64,000 nucleotides of DNA from Piromyces finnis finn (lineage: Eukaryota > Fungi > Neocallimastigomycota): NCBI GenBank assembly GCA_002104945.1, contig MCFH01000031.1, positions 496,001 through 560,000 of the forward strand, written 5' to 3'. The notes beneath the pieces are model-generated. The model searched no databases. It was not told where the DNA came from and worked only from the letters and a program-made list of their open reading frames with translations. This document shows positions 40,590-61,211 of this stretch, piece by piece (position 1 is the stretch's first letter; every line of letters begins with the position of its first letter). A program made the position numbers and the translations under genes.

Positions 40590-42379
40590 ATGGAATATAG
40601 AACAACACTTGGAATGTTAACCGTTCTTGGTATATATTTAAAATTATTTTTTTTTAGTAAATTAGAAATGTGTATTTTTTCTCGAAAAGATAGATTTTGT
40701 ATTAAAGAAATAAAAATAGTAAAGAAAAGATTTCAATAAATAGCATATTTTATTTAAATTTCTTTTATTTTTCTTTTTTTTAAATATATATATACAGCGG
40801 TTGGGGGAAAGGAAATAAAGGGAAGATCTATGTTTTCAGGTATATCTATAAATATTATTAAAATTAATTTTAATATTAAAAAACGATAAATATTATGATC
40901 AATGTTTAGTATTGAAAGAAAAAGTTTATTAAATGATTTGCTAAATATATTTTATTGGAACAACAGTAAATCCATACATTACCTTTCAAATAGATCATAT
41001 GAAGAAAAAAACAAAAGTTAGCAAAGGAAAAGGAAAAAATCCAAGTAAGTTTTCTAGTAGAACAATATATATTTTAAAAAATAAATATTCATTTGTTAAT
41101 TTAAAATTTATATATTTATTATTTTATTATTTTTCATAAAATGAAGAATGGAATGATTTAGTAGAATTTGAGATCATAAAAGGAAGAGATGTACTATGCG
41201 GAAAGGTAATGGGTAAGGAAATATCCGAAGATGAATTTATTGGGGAAATTAAAGTTGATTTAAAACCAATATTTCAAAAAGGTAGAATAATTAATTTAAT
41301 ATTTATAAAATGCAAAACTCGATATATATATACATATATACATATACATAATATGCATAGAAAATATTAGTATTAGTATATAAATATATTAACATATTTA
41401 TTGAAATAAAATAGGCTATGCTGAAATGTGGGTTCCAGTAATTCATCCACACAAAAGTAAGTCAATAATTTAAGAATAATAATTGTTGAAGTAACATTGG
41501 TTTATAAATGTATACTAAATATTTGAATTATATATATTTTTATAATATTCTTATTTGAAGATCGTCATAAGGGGTATATATCTTTATTTAAAAAAGCAAA
41601 ATAATAAATAAATAATAATAATAATGCTAATAATATAATTAAATGATCATAATTATAAATTTAATAGAGATGTATTTTTAAAACTTCAATATAAACCATC
41701 TGTACAAGTAAGCTACTTTGTTTAAAAATATTATATTAGCTGATAGAAATTCTAAAATATTTTGTATTTTTTTTAGGAACCTGATTATGCTCAACAACCA
41801 GTTCAAGCTCCAATGGGAGGCCCAGCCCCAATGGGAGGACCAGCTCCAATGGGTCCTCCAGTAAGATCACCAATAAGACCACCTCCATTACAAAGATCTG
41901 CAACAGCACCATTACCTAATGGAGCTGTTCCTCCTCCAATTAGAAATGGCTCAACCGGTCCTGGTGTACCAGCACCATTACCTAATGGAGCTGTTCCTCC
42001 AATTAGAAATGGATCAACCGGACCTGGAGTTCCAGCACATCCAATTGTAATCCCACCAAGACAAGGTGGAGCAATGCCATCCCCAATAAATATTCCTCCA
42101 AGAGGAGCAAACCCAAGTATCCGCCCATATCAATCACCTGTACAACGTCCTGGTGCAAGACCAATGGGTAATCCACCACTACCACAAAGATCACCAAGTA
42201 ATCAAATTAGACCAGCTAATCCAAACATTTCACCGAGAATGCAACCAAGAAGTCCAAGACCAGTAAATCCAAATCCAAATCCAAATCCAAACCCAAACCC
42301 AAATCCAAATCCAAATGTACCAATAAATATTCCACAAAGAATGAATCGTCCTCCAGTTGGACCAAGACCATCATCATAA
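40590..42379 (+). CDS. N-terminal C2 domain plus proline-rich (PxxP) C-terminus; Inn1/Fic1-like architecture, ~7 exons
   Basis: Spliced exons from ATG 40590 read MEYRTTLGMLTVL|AVGGKEIKGRSMFS|..NPYITFQIDHMKKKTKVSKGKGKNP|EWNDLVEFEI..DEFIGEIKVDLKPIFQK|GYAEMWVPV..|..VFLKLQY, which is a canonical C2 pattern. The last exon is the Pro-rich ORF 41813-42379. Confidence 0.75.
41906..42034 (+). repeat. Coding tandem duplication (APLPNGAVPP(P)IRNGSTGPGVP x2)
   Basis: Units of 66 and 63 bp, differing mainly at synonymous positions. Confidence 0.9.
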
Positions 42380-45300
42380 ACAAATATAATTAAACATTAA
42401 TTATATCTTTATTAATTTTCATTTCTTTATAAAAGAAGTATATTTACAAATTTTTTATACTTATTTATTAATTAGTTTTCAATATAAAGTTCTTTCATAA
42501 TTATTATATATTATTATATTCAAATTATATAAATAAATTTAATATAAGATTTAAAAACAAAAAAACAGAAAAAAGCAACTACAAAAAACACACACACACA
42601 AAAAAAAAAAAACAACAACAAAAAAAAATTAAATATTAATTAAAAATAATGAAATTATTTGAAATTAAAACACAGTTTAATAGTTAAAGAAATATTTAAT
42701 TTAAATTATTATGTCTTGATAAGATGAAAAAGATCAAACTAAAAATACTTTTACTTAATAAATGAATGAAGAAATCATCCTTTTTAATAAGTTAAAAAGT
42801 AGAAAAATTTAAAAATGTTTAAAGAAAAGTAGCAAAATCTCATACTAATAATACTCTAATATACATAACCAGAAGAATATCAAAATTCATTAAAAAAAAA
42901 AACAATAGTTTTGTTGATATAATATAATCATTAAACATATGTTACAAAATTTAAACATAAAAAAAAAAAAAAGTAATAATACTTTTCAACAGAAAAGACT
43001 ATATAATTAAATTAATAAATTATGTAATTATTCTATTATTCAATTTCAAGTATTACTATATAAAAATAATATTTCAACAATATTATTAATTTTAGTAAAT
43101 GTATTTATAAAAAAAAAGTATAAAAAATATATTAATTTTTAAATTTATATATATATTTATGTTATTTTTTTTTTATAAATATAAAAAGGAAATATTATTT
43201 TTTTTTAATAATATTATATTAAATAGTATTACAAAGAATAGTAATACTTGTTTTAATAGAATATCTTTATATATATATGCCAACAGCATGTTTTATTTAT
43301 AAAAATATAGATAAAATTAAATCATGCTATCCTTTTTTATATACTTTAAATATATTATTTGGTAATATCACTATAATAATTAAAAAAATAAAAAGAAAAA
43401 TTTTTATAGAGGGTATATATATATAATTATAGACAAATATTCAAAAAAGAAAAATAGGAATAATTATTATAATTGTTTTTACTAAAAAAAAAAAAAAAAA
43501 AGAAATTATTGTATATTATTTTGATTATAGAAATAAATTCTTAATCAAAAAGTATACTAATAATTATTTAATTATTTATATGTATAGATTAAATATATAT
43601 ATTCTTTTCATTAAAAGTATTTAATAGAATTAATTTTATATCATTTTAAGATATATCATTAATACTGACTTATTATAATGTAATAAAAATATTATTATTT
43701 AAATAAAGTTTTAAAAAATAATTATTTTTTTTTTTTCTATTTTCAAATACCATTATATAGCTATATTTTAAAAAGATATTTGTATTTTAATTTTTAATAC
43801 ATTTTCAATACTTTAAAAAAAAAAATTGAATAAATGTGGATATATTAAATGGAGATATTTGACATAGATTGTTCTGAGAAAAATTAATCGGAAATTTCTT
43901 ATTTTTTTTAAAGTTACTAATAATATGCATATATTATTTCATATTATTTAATTTTCTTTTCCTTTAATTCTATTGATTAGAATAGATATTGTTTTTTCTA
44001 TTCTTTATATAAACCATATTATTAATAATAAACATAATAATCAATAATAATAATTATAACCATAGACATAATAATAACAATATTATGTTATTTTATGTTA
44101 AATTCAATGATGATAAATGAAAAAAAAATTTTTATTACTACTCTTTATTATTATATTATATTTATATGTTTTTTTTTTTTATATTTTCAAAATCCACAAC
44201 AACAACAACATTCAATTGTTTTTCTGTATTTATTTTAAAAACTCATTTAATAATGTAAATAGTTATTATTATTTAAAGATGTTCTATTTTTCTATTGAAA
44301 AAGGAAATTTTTTGTTAATAAGAATGTGGTAAAGGAAAAAAATACTCATAATTGGTTACACAAAAAATTTTAGATCATACTTCACCAGTTTTTTTTTTTT
44401 TTTTTTTTTTTTTGTATTTATATGTTGTAAATTGTAATTTTATTTTTTTGTTAATAATTGTATTATTGTTAATAAATAGTGAAATAAAATCTCATTATTT
44501 TTAAATACTAAAAAACGTTGTATAATGAATAAAGACACTATTTAATTATTTTTTAAACATTTAATTCATATTTAATTAAAAAAAAAAAGAGATCTTAAAA
44601 TTATTTGAAAATAAACATTGTAGGTGTGGATTAAAATAGAAATATGTTTCTTATTTCGATTTTTTATAAAAACTTTTTCAAAGGAATCTTACTCACTAAT
44701 ATTATTTATTATTTTACTACTACTTTTTTTTTATGCTTTATTTAGAATTAATATCTTTAAATAAACATCTATTTTTTGTTATATTACATTCTAAATACTT
44801 TTACATTTCAAAGTTATTATGTTTTGGTTGAAAATCATCTCTATTTTTATTTGAATAGTATAAAAAACACACACACACACCAAATTCATCATTACATGTA
44901 TTTTTATAAATTAAAATAAGGTAGAATAAAATAAAACATAATAATAAAAAAATATATCAAATATTTGATTGATAATAAATTTAAATACTAAAATATAATA
45001 TATAATAAAATATGATAAAAGAATAACTTTATTTTTTATTGGAATTTTTTTTATCTAAGTGGGAAACATTAGTAGTAGTATAAATACACAGTTTCTAGTA
45101 ATTAAAAAAGAATTATTAAATGTATTACTGTTAAGATCAATAATTAAAATATTTTCTTTATTCTTTATCGTTTAATTTAAACCGTAAGAAAGAATAGTAT
45201 TTATTAGCTCATTAACATTATTTAAAAGATGTTGCTATTACTATTTCTACTTACAATTAAAAAATATCCAATTAAAATGGATGTAAAAAAAAAGAAATAT

Positions 45301-45904
45301 ATAAACTGATTCCTCTAAAAAAAAACACCTCTTTTAAAAAACATATTATTTTATATAATTTTTATTTATAGTATTAAAATTGTAATAAATAGAAACTAAT
45401 CAATATTTGTAATATTGTTTGAATTAGTATAGTACTTTTTATTTATATTATGAATTATGAATTTACCATCATATATATAGAAAATTTTTCAAGATCTTTT
45501 TAAAAATAGTCATTTATATATATATCTATTTATTTCATTAGAAATAATCTTCTTTACTCTATTTTACTTTATATTTTTAATTATCCATAAGTTATATATA
45601 GTTATATATGTATAGTAATTATTATTATTACTTTCAAAATATAGTTTAAAGTCTCTACTTTTTTAGAAGATAATGGTAAAAATCTTTGTAAAAGGTCAGA
45701 TTTATTAATTAATATAGTTTGAATCTTTCCTTTATAAATCAAAACCAAAAATTCAATATTTAGTAAATAATAAAATTAATTAAATTATTTAATATTTAAT
45801 TTTTTATATATATATACTAATTTTTTAATATTTAATATTTATAATTTTTAAAAAAAAAAAAAGTAAAGATGAACTAGAAAAAGGATAAAAAAAAAAAAGA
45901 ATTT

Positions 45905-45952
<48 letters not shown>

Positions 45953-46934
45953 TTAAATATATACAAACTAAAATAAAACAAATTAAAAAAAGAAGAAAAT
46001 AACAAAAAACAAAGAAACAAATCAAAGAGTAAAATAATAAATTGTAAAATTAGAAAAATGATAATTATTTAGTAAAGCCAAAATTTGACGAATGGACTAC
46101 TTTTATATATAAGAAAGAAAGAAAAAAAACTTTTAATTTAGTTATATTTTTTTTTTTAAAAAAGAAAAGAAATTTAATATCTTTATGTATATGCCTTGAA
46201 AATTATCTATCCATACTTTAAAGGAAAAACATCTATTAAAAAAAAAAAAAACTTTCAAAATTATAATACAAATTTTAAACTGTAAATAAATACTTTTATT
46301 GGATAAAAGAAATTTCATTTCAATTAACTTTTTCATGTTAATTGCTTTTAAAAATAACAAGAATATAAAATAATTTTTAAGTTAATCTGCCTATAATTTC
46401 TTTCAAAATATCAATTTATTATTCATTCCATTAAATGAAAATAATAATAATAATAAAAAAAGAAATTAAAAAAATCAATTTAGAAATTTATTACATTTCT
46501 AAATGTAAAAAAAATTTATTATTATTTCCATCATTTATATAATAGTATCAATAACAACAACAACAAAATTTTGTATAAATAATAAAAGTACTATTGTATA
46601 AAAATATTTTTAAATATAATATTATATGTTATATATTTTACAGCACAATTAATACATTTAAGTATCAATTATAAAAAAAAAAAAAAAAAAAAAAAATTAA
46701 CATTTATCTTTACTTTATAAAAAAAATATACATTTTTTTTTTTAATTTAATCACATATATAATTATACCATTTTAATTAAATAATAATATAATTTATTAT
46801 TCACACATTTCTCTTTGTAAGAAAGCATTTAATATTAGAATTTTTAAAAATTATATAAGAGTTGAATTATCCATCTAGAGTTTTTAAATTAAAAAATTTC
46901 ATTGAAATCTTAAAAGATTATATAATAAATCAAC

Positions 46935-53895
<6,961 letters not shown>

Positions 53896-56246
53896 AAAAA
53901 AAATTTTTTTTATACTATATATATATATATATCTATTCAAGTAATCATTTTTTATTTTATACAATAGATTAAATAAAAAATAATTTAACGTTTTTGTATT
54001 TTAATAATATATTTTAAATAAAATCATAATACACTATTTATAAAATATATTTAAACATTATTTTTTTTAATTCTATTAATGTATACCTATTTATATAAAA
54101 AGAACTATTCTTTTCTTCTTCTTCTTCTTCTTAATATATTTCTTTATTCATCACATTGAATATTATTTTTGAATGGATAGTTCATTAATATATTCTACAA
54201 TAATTTAAATTAAAATGTTTTTTTTTTATGGATCATTCATAGAATAACCATGATTTTTACATTAAAATTATTATTATTAAATATAGTTTTTTTTTTTTTT
54301 TTTTCCTAAATAAAATCATTTATAGATTATTCCTTATTTTTTATTTTAAATATAAATGTAAAAATAGAATTGTCATATATATAATATTTATTTATTAGAA
54401 TAGATAATATATTTTCATTTCTTTAACTTTAAATTCCTATAATCCTATAATTGATAGAGTATTATGGATGATTCAATTTTTTTTATATTTAAATAATATT
54501 AATTTTAAATTATATATATTAAAAATAATAAAAAATTATATTAAAAAATATATAGAAATATATTTTAATGTAATATGGATTAAGATACTAATAATAAATC
54601 ATTCTAATCTATTATATAAATTATTATAAATAAAATATTATATATATTTATACTATTTTATTTTATTTTATTTTATTTATTTATTTTATTATTAATATTA
54701 TTATTTTGAAAGTAATAATAATATTTTTAATGTTAGATTTATAAAAAACAACTACTTTCATAATACCATAGAGATAAATAATAAAAAAAAGAACTTTTTA
54801 ATAGATTAAACCAAAACCAAAAACAAATATTTTGATATGTTTAAAATAAAAAATTAACATATTATTTATTTATTAAATCAAAAGTATAAAGTAACAGCAT
54901 AATTATAAATTTTATTGTAAAATGTAATATTCTCTTTTTTTTTTTTTTTTTTCATTGTTATATAAGATTTTTTATTATTTGAAATTTTCACTATTGCTTC
55001 TATTATTATTATTATTATTATTATTATTATCGATATTTCAATATTTTTTTTATATATTCTGTAAACATTTAAATCTTTTAAGCTCTATAAACTATTGATA
55101 ATTATTGTCAATAAATTAAAAATAAAAAAAAAACGTTTTTAATCAATCAATGTACACAAACAAATAAAACAAAGGGAAAATATTAATAATAAAAGCAATA
55201 AAAATACCAATAAATAACAACAATACTCAAAAGTTTTAAACGGTCAAAATGAAATTCAAATTCAAAATATTGCTACATAATTGAAAAAATAAATTCAACT
55301 TTAACCTTAATAATATTTTACAATATGAAATATTAATATATTCAAATTCAAAAAAAAAAAAAACTAATCATATAGTATCGAAATAATATGCATATATATA
55401 TTTTCACTTCTATCGAACGTATATATCAAATTAAATATTTTTTAAATTGTAAACAAGTAATAATATTACAAAATCAATAATGTTATTTATATTGTAAAAA
55501 AATTCAATACTATCATACACTACTTTTTCTTTATTATTGTATTATACATAAATATATATTGTCACATCATATTTCTTTTTCTTTTCCTTTTTTTAATTAT
55601 TAGAAATTTAAATAATATCAACATTCATACTATATAATTATAATTTCAAATTAAACTCAATATTAAAAATTTCAAAAAAAAAAAAAAAAAAAATACAAAA
55701 ATATTTTTTAATAATCATACTTTAAAATTCAATACTTTTTATTTAAAAAATTTCATAATTTACCAGATTTCAAACAATAATAAATAATATAATTTTATCA
55801 TCAATAGTAAATCTAAAAACAACCTATATACTATATATAAAAAAAACCTTTATTTCAAAGTTTATGCTATTTATTTAATATATAAACATAACATATATTA
55901 CAGTTACTTTTTACATCAAATAATTATTAATAATTGAATGATCAATATAAACTAATATTCTTTTTTTATATATATTTACAATAAAGATAGACTTGATATT
56001 TTATATTAAATTGTTAATATATTATATTTAACGTTATATTAACAAATAAAATTATTTTTCTTTTAAAAAAAAAACAACCTCAAATTAGTTATTTTTAATT
56101 TATAATAACACCTTTATATCTTTTTATTTTTTTTATATTATTTTTCATTTTTATTTTTTTATTATTTATTTTTCATTTGTTTTAATTAATAAACATATAA
56201 AAGAGCATCACATTTTTATTTTGTACATAAGAACCATTTCTAAAAA

Positions 56247-58422
56247 ATGGATGAAAACGAAGTAAGAGCAGATACCGAAAGTAATAACGAAAACAAACAA
56301 AATGACATTTCAAATGATATGAATAAAAGTTATGATGAAAATTTAAATTATGATGATGATATAAACTATGATGAACCATTAAACGATGATACTAAAAATG
56401 GAAATGATAATAATGAGATTGAAGATGGCATCGATACATTTGATAATGACAATGATATAAATAGCTCCTCTCTGAAAAATGACTATATGGGAGGTTTAGT
56501 AGATGAAGATGAAGTTGATTATTCATTAGATAATGAAGATGATTATATTGATGATAGTCACGCTTATGAAAATAATAACATCTATGATAATGATACAAAA
56601 GATAATGGAAATGATTTTGATTTCAACCAAGATTCCGGAAACGGGGAAATTTTAGACAATTCTGGAAATATGGATGATGATTTAAATGAGCGTTCTAATG
56701 AAACATCTGAAAATCAAAATAACGATAATGATACTGGTGATAATAATGATAATAATTTAGATGATAAGTCAAAAGCATTAGATGAAGAAGGTGAAGTTCA
56801 CGAATCAGGGTCAATACAGAATAATCCAAAAATGGGTGGAAATCAGCAAAGAAATAACAAAATGATGCATAATAAATTAAACAATAAAAGAATGTATCCA
56901 AATCAAAAGATGCCATATAATAAAAGAAATATGAATATGAATCATATGAATAGGTAAGTTTATTCACATAAAATACAATTTTATTAAATTTGTATTTATT
57001 TTTAATTTAATTAGGATAAAAAAAAGTAATTGTAAATTTAATAATATATAATATAAATATTATATAAAAATGATAGAATGTATCCAATGATGCCAATGAA
57101 CAGACCAATGCCTAGAAATATGAATCAAAAAATATATATAAATCCAAGATTTGGTTTAATGGGAAACAACGATTTCAATAATCAATTTATGAGATATAAT
57201 AATCCAATGTACGGTAATATGAATATGATGCCAATGAATCCAATGAATCCAATGATGCAACCAATGATGTCAATGAATCCAGGAATGGGATATCCAGATA
57301 ACCCAAGAGTAAGTGTTCAAAAATTCTTTTTAATTTTATAAATTAAATCAATTTCCATCATAAATAAAATTTTTATTTTTCAAATATAAAGCAATATAAT
57401 AATAATAATAATAAATTAACATTTATTATATATTTTTGAAAAAAAACTTAAAGTTCTTTTACCCATACCAACAAAACTTCCAAAGACCTCCTATGGGATA
57501 TCCAATGAATAAAGATAAGATGAATAATCCATCAAATAAAAAAATGTATTACGATAAGCAAGAAGGAAGATCTCAACAAAATAACAACAATGGAAATAAT
57601 AATAATAATAATAACAATAATAATAAGCAATATAATAAACAACACTATTATGATAACGATAATAATTATAATTCTGAAAATGATGATGGATCATCCAAAA
57701 ACTCAGAGCATAATGATAGTGACATTGATGACAACAGTAGCAGTGGAAGTAGTAACCATAATGATGACAGAAAGAATAATAATAATAATAGATCACGTAA
57801 TAACAATTACAAGTATTCAAATAATAACAATAACAATAATAATAGATCATCTAAATATTCTGATGATTATGAAAGTAGTCGAGATAAAGGAAATTCCTAT
57901 AGATCAACAAAATATTCCAATAACAGAGATAACAGAGATAGTAGAGACAATAGAGATTCATCAAGGAAACCATCAAGAAGATCAGATGACAAAAATGGAT
58001 CAAGAAAATCCATGTCAAAATACTCAGATGACAGAAACTCATCTTCAAAAAGGTACTCTGATGATCATGACCATAATCATGATTATGAAAAATCTAGTTC
58101 TAGATATTCCATAAAATCTAAACATTACAATAAATATTCTAATGATGATGATGATGATGAGAACTATTCAGATCACCATTCAGATGATGAAGACAACAAC
58201 AAATATTCTTCTGGTGTTACTCACAGTATTAGTGGTGCTAGTACTCGTCAAAACCAAAGATCATCCTATAAAAGAAAACGTAATGATTATGATTCAAGGT
58301 AATTTTTAATTTATTTTTATATTCATTTTATAAATAATTTGAATTTCAGTCTTTTTTAAAAATTGTTATATAATACTGATATACATATTTTTATATTATA
58401 TATAATACCCATATTTTATTAA

Positions 58423-58453
<31 letters not shown>

Positions 58454-59042
58454 TAACAGGGATGATTCTTCAAGAAATAGATCAAAATCATCAAGAATAA
58501 AAATACATCACTCTTCATATAATGATTCTCATAATTCACGTGATGACGACAATCGCTATGATTCAAATAATGAATCTACCATCACCGATTCCAATAAGAT
58601 TCACACAACCTTATTATCAACATCTTCCAGGGTTTTTATCAGAAATATTAGCCAAAATACCACAAAGAGTAAATTAATAGAATTAGCTAAATCCGAAGGA
58701 AATATTAAGGTAATTTTTATTACATAAATGTTGTATAAATGAATAGAGAGTACATTTATTATGTTTATTTCAAAGATATTAATAACTAAATATAAATATA
58801 TCTGTAAAAAAAAAAAAATAGCATATCAGTTTTGATCCTGAAAAATTAACTGCCGAAATTACATTTGATTCATCCGATTCTGCTGTATTCTTTAGACGGA
58901 AATACAATAGGTAAATGAATGTTATATTTCTTTTCATATTTAAGCTTAATATGGCCAACATTAACTAAAACAAAAATTATATATATATTATTATCCTAGA
59001 TATATGCTTGATGGATCAAACATAGTGATTTCATTTAAATGA
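56247..59042 (+). CDS. Low-complexity RNA-binding protein with a single C-terminal RRM, multi-exon
   Basis: Acidic D/N N-terminus (56247-), M/P/N-rich middle (57078-), then an N/S/R/D-rich region (57436-). The spliced RRM reads RVFIRNISQNTTKSKLIELAKSEGNIK|HISFDPEKLTAEITFDSSDSAVFFRRKYNR|YMLDGSNIVISFK*, with TGA at 59040-59042. Confidence 0.75.
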
Positions 59043-59446
59043 ACATAACAAGTACATTAAATCCCCTCAAAAAAAAATTTTTTTTTTTCATTATAAAATA
59101 TTTAGGTAATTAAGAGGAATACCACCATCTGAATAAGAAATTAATATTTATTTAGTTTAAATTAAAATTTCTATTTTTTCTTTCAATTTTTATTATATAT
59201 ATATTTATTTAATTAAAATATTTTTAATAATGGATAAAGTGTTATATTATTTTAATTAGTTGAATATACTTTTTTTTTTTTTTTTCATTTTTACTATTAT
59301 ACAATATTATTTTTTTTTTTCTTTTTTGATTTTTAACTCCATCTACAAAACAAATTTAATTTATAAATAAAATATTATTTTTATTTTATAATACTATTTG
59401 AGACGTTTTGCAATATTCTCATTTTTTTTAAATAATGAATTAATAA

Positions 59447-59478
<32 letters not shown>

Positions 59479-61211
59479 GAGTAATCATTATATCTAAATA
59501 TTACATTTCATTAATTAATAATTTAAATAAAATCATTATAAATAGAATGATATTACACAATGTACCATGTATCTTTTATGTTTTTTTGCGTAAAATAAGA
59601 AAAAATTCTACTATGAGTGTTAGTGTAAGATTTAATAAATACATAAAGTATATATTTTTTCCAAAGTATTATTTTAAGTTATATATTAAAAGACAATGAA
59701 TTAAATAATTAACCATCTTCTTTCTCTATTAACCTCATGATTGTCAAATAGTAATATTAATATTTTTATTTCTTTATTTGACAGATAGATAACACTAATT
59801 TAAATATTTAAAAAAATTTGTTTTTAATACTATTCTAATTAATTCTAATTTTATATAAAGGATGAATTCATTATATTCATAATTTATCCTTTTTCAATAG
59901 AGAGAGAGTTATAATGACCCATAAAGGTTTAACCTTAACTTTAGCTTTTGTATATTTTTTTTTTATTTGATTATATTTATCATCCATTTTTTTTTTTTTA
60001 ATTTAATTTAACCCCACAAAATAATTATATTACTTTTAAACTATATTATAATATATTATAAAAATATATTGACTATTGACATCTCCTATTTAATAATATT
60101 AAATTTTTAATATTAAAATAATTTTTAATTATCCATCATAGTAAAAAATAAAAGTAACCAAATGTTATATATTACAATATATTATTAATATATTATGGTT
60201 AACTATTTTTATATAATTCATCAACATCCAAATAAAAATAATTATTCCATTAAATTTAATATAAAAATCAATTTTTTTCTTTTTTATTTATTTGAGATTT
60301 ATTCTTTTTTTTTTTTTTAAATTTCATTAGAATTATTATTTAAAATTGAATTATAATCAAAGTTGATTTAAATTATAATATCTTTTACATTTATTTCTTT
60401 TTTTAAGTAGATAGAAATAAATAACATGAAAAAGAATATATATATATGTATCATTTAGTAAATAAAATTTGAAAATTGATTAAATTTGAATGTAATAATA
60501 ACTTCAAACATCATACAATTAATCTAAGGTGTAAAAACAATTAAATATTTTATTTATATTTCTGTATTATACCATTTTTAAATAAGTAAATAAAAAGTGA
60601 TATCTATCTATTTATATATATGTAAATCAATTAAATTTGCTAAATTAATAATTATATTATACATAGATGTAAACTATTATCAAAAAAAAAAAACTTTTTT
60701 TTTATCATATATAAAAGATAAATATTTATCTATTTAATGTATAATTTTCAATATATACTAATATTGTATATTATAAATTTCCAAATTTAAATATACCAGT
60801 CATACATACACACTTTTCATATTTCAATTTTATTGTACTTTGAATTCTTTTTTTATTAAAAGTATTTTTTGAAAATTAAAATAAGAAATTTGAAATCTCA
60901 ATTAATTATTAATATTAAAAATAAATTAATTATTTTGAATTAAAAATATAAAGAATATTTCTTTCGTATAAAAAGTTTTTTTTTTTTTTTTTTTTTCTAC
61001 TTACTCATTTGTAATGAATATGAAAAATAATTTAAATAATATTATTTATTAATAAGCAATAAAGTTCTATTATACCACAAAGATTTTAGAGATAAATCAG
61101 TAATATCAATAAAAATTAAAACAATTTTTTAATATATATAAAGATTTATATTTCATTTGTATTCTATACATATACATATTCAGATAAAAATAAAAAAAAA
61201 AAAAAATAAAA

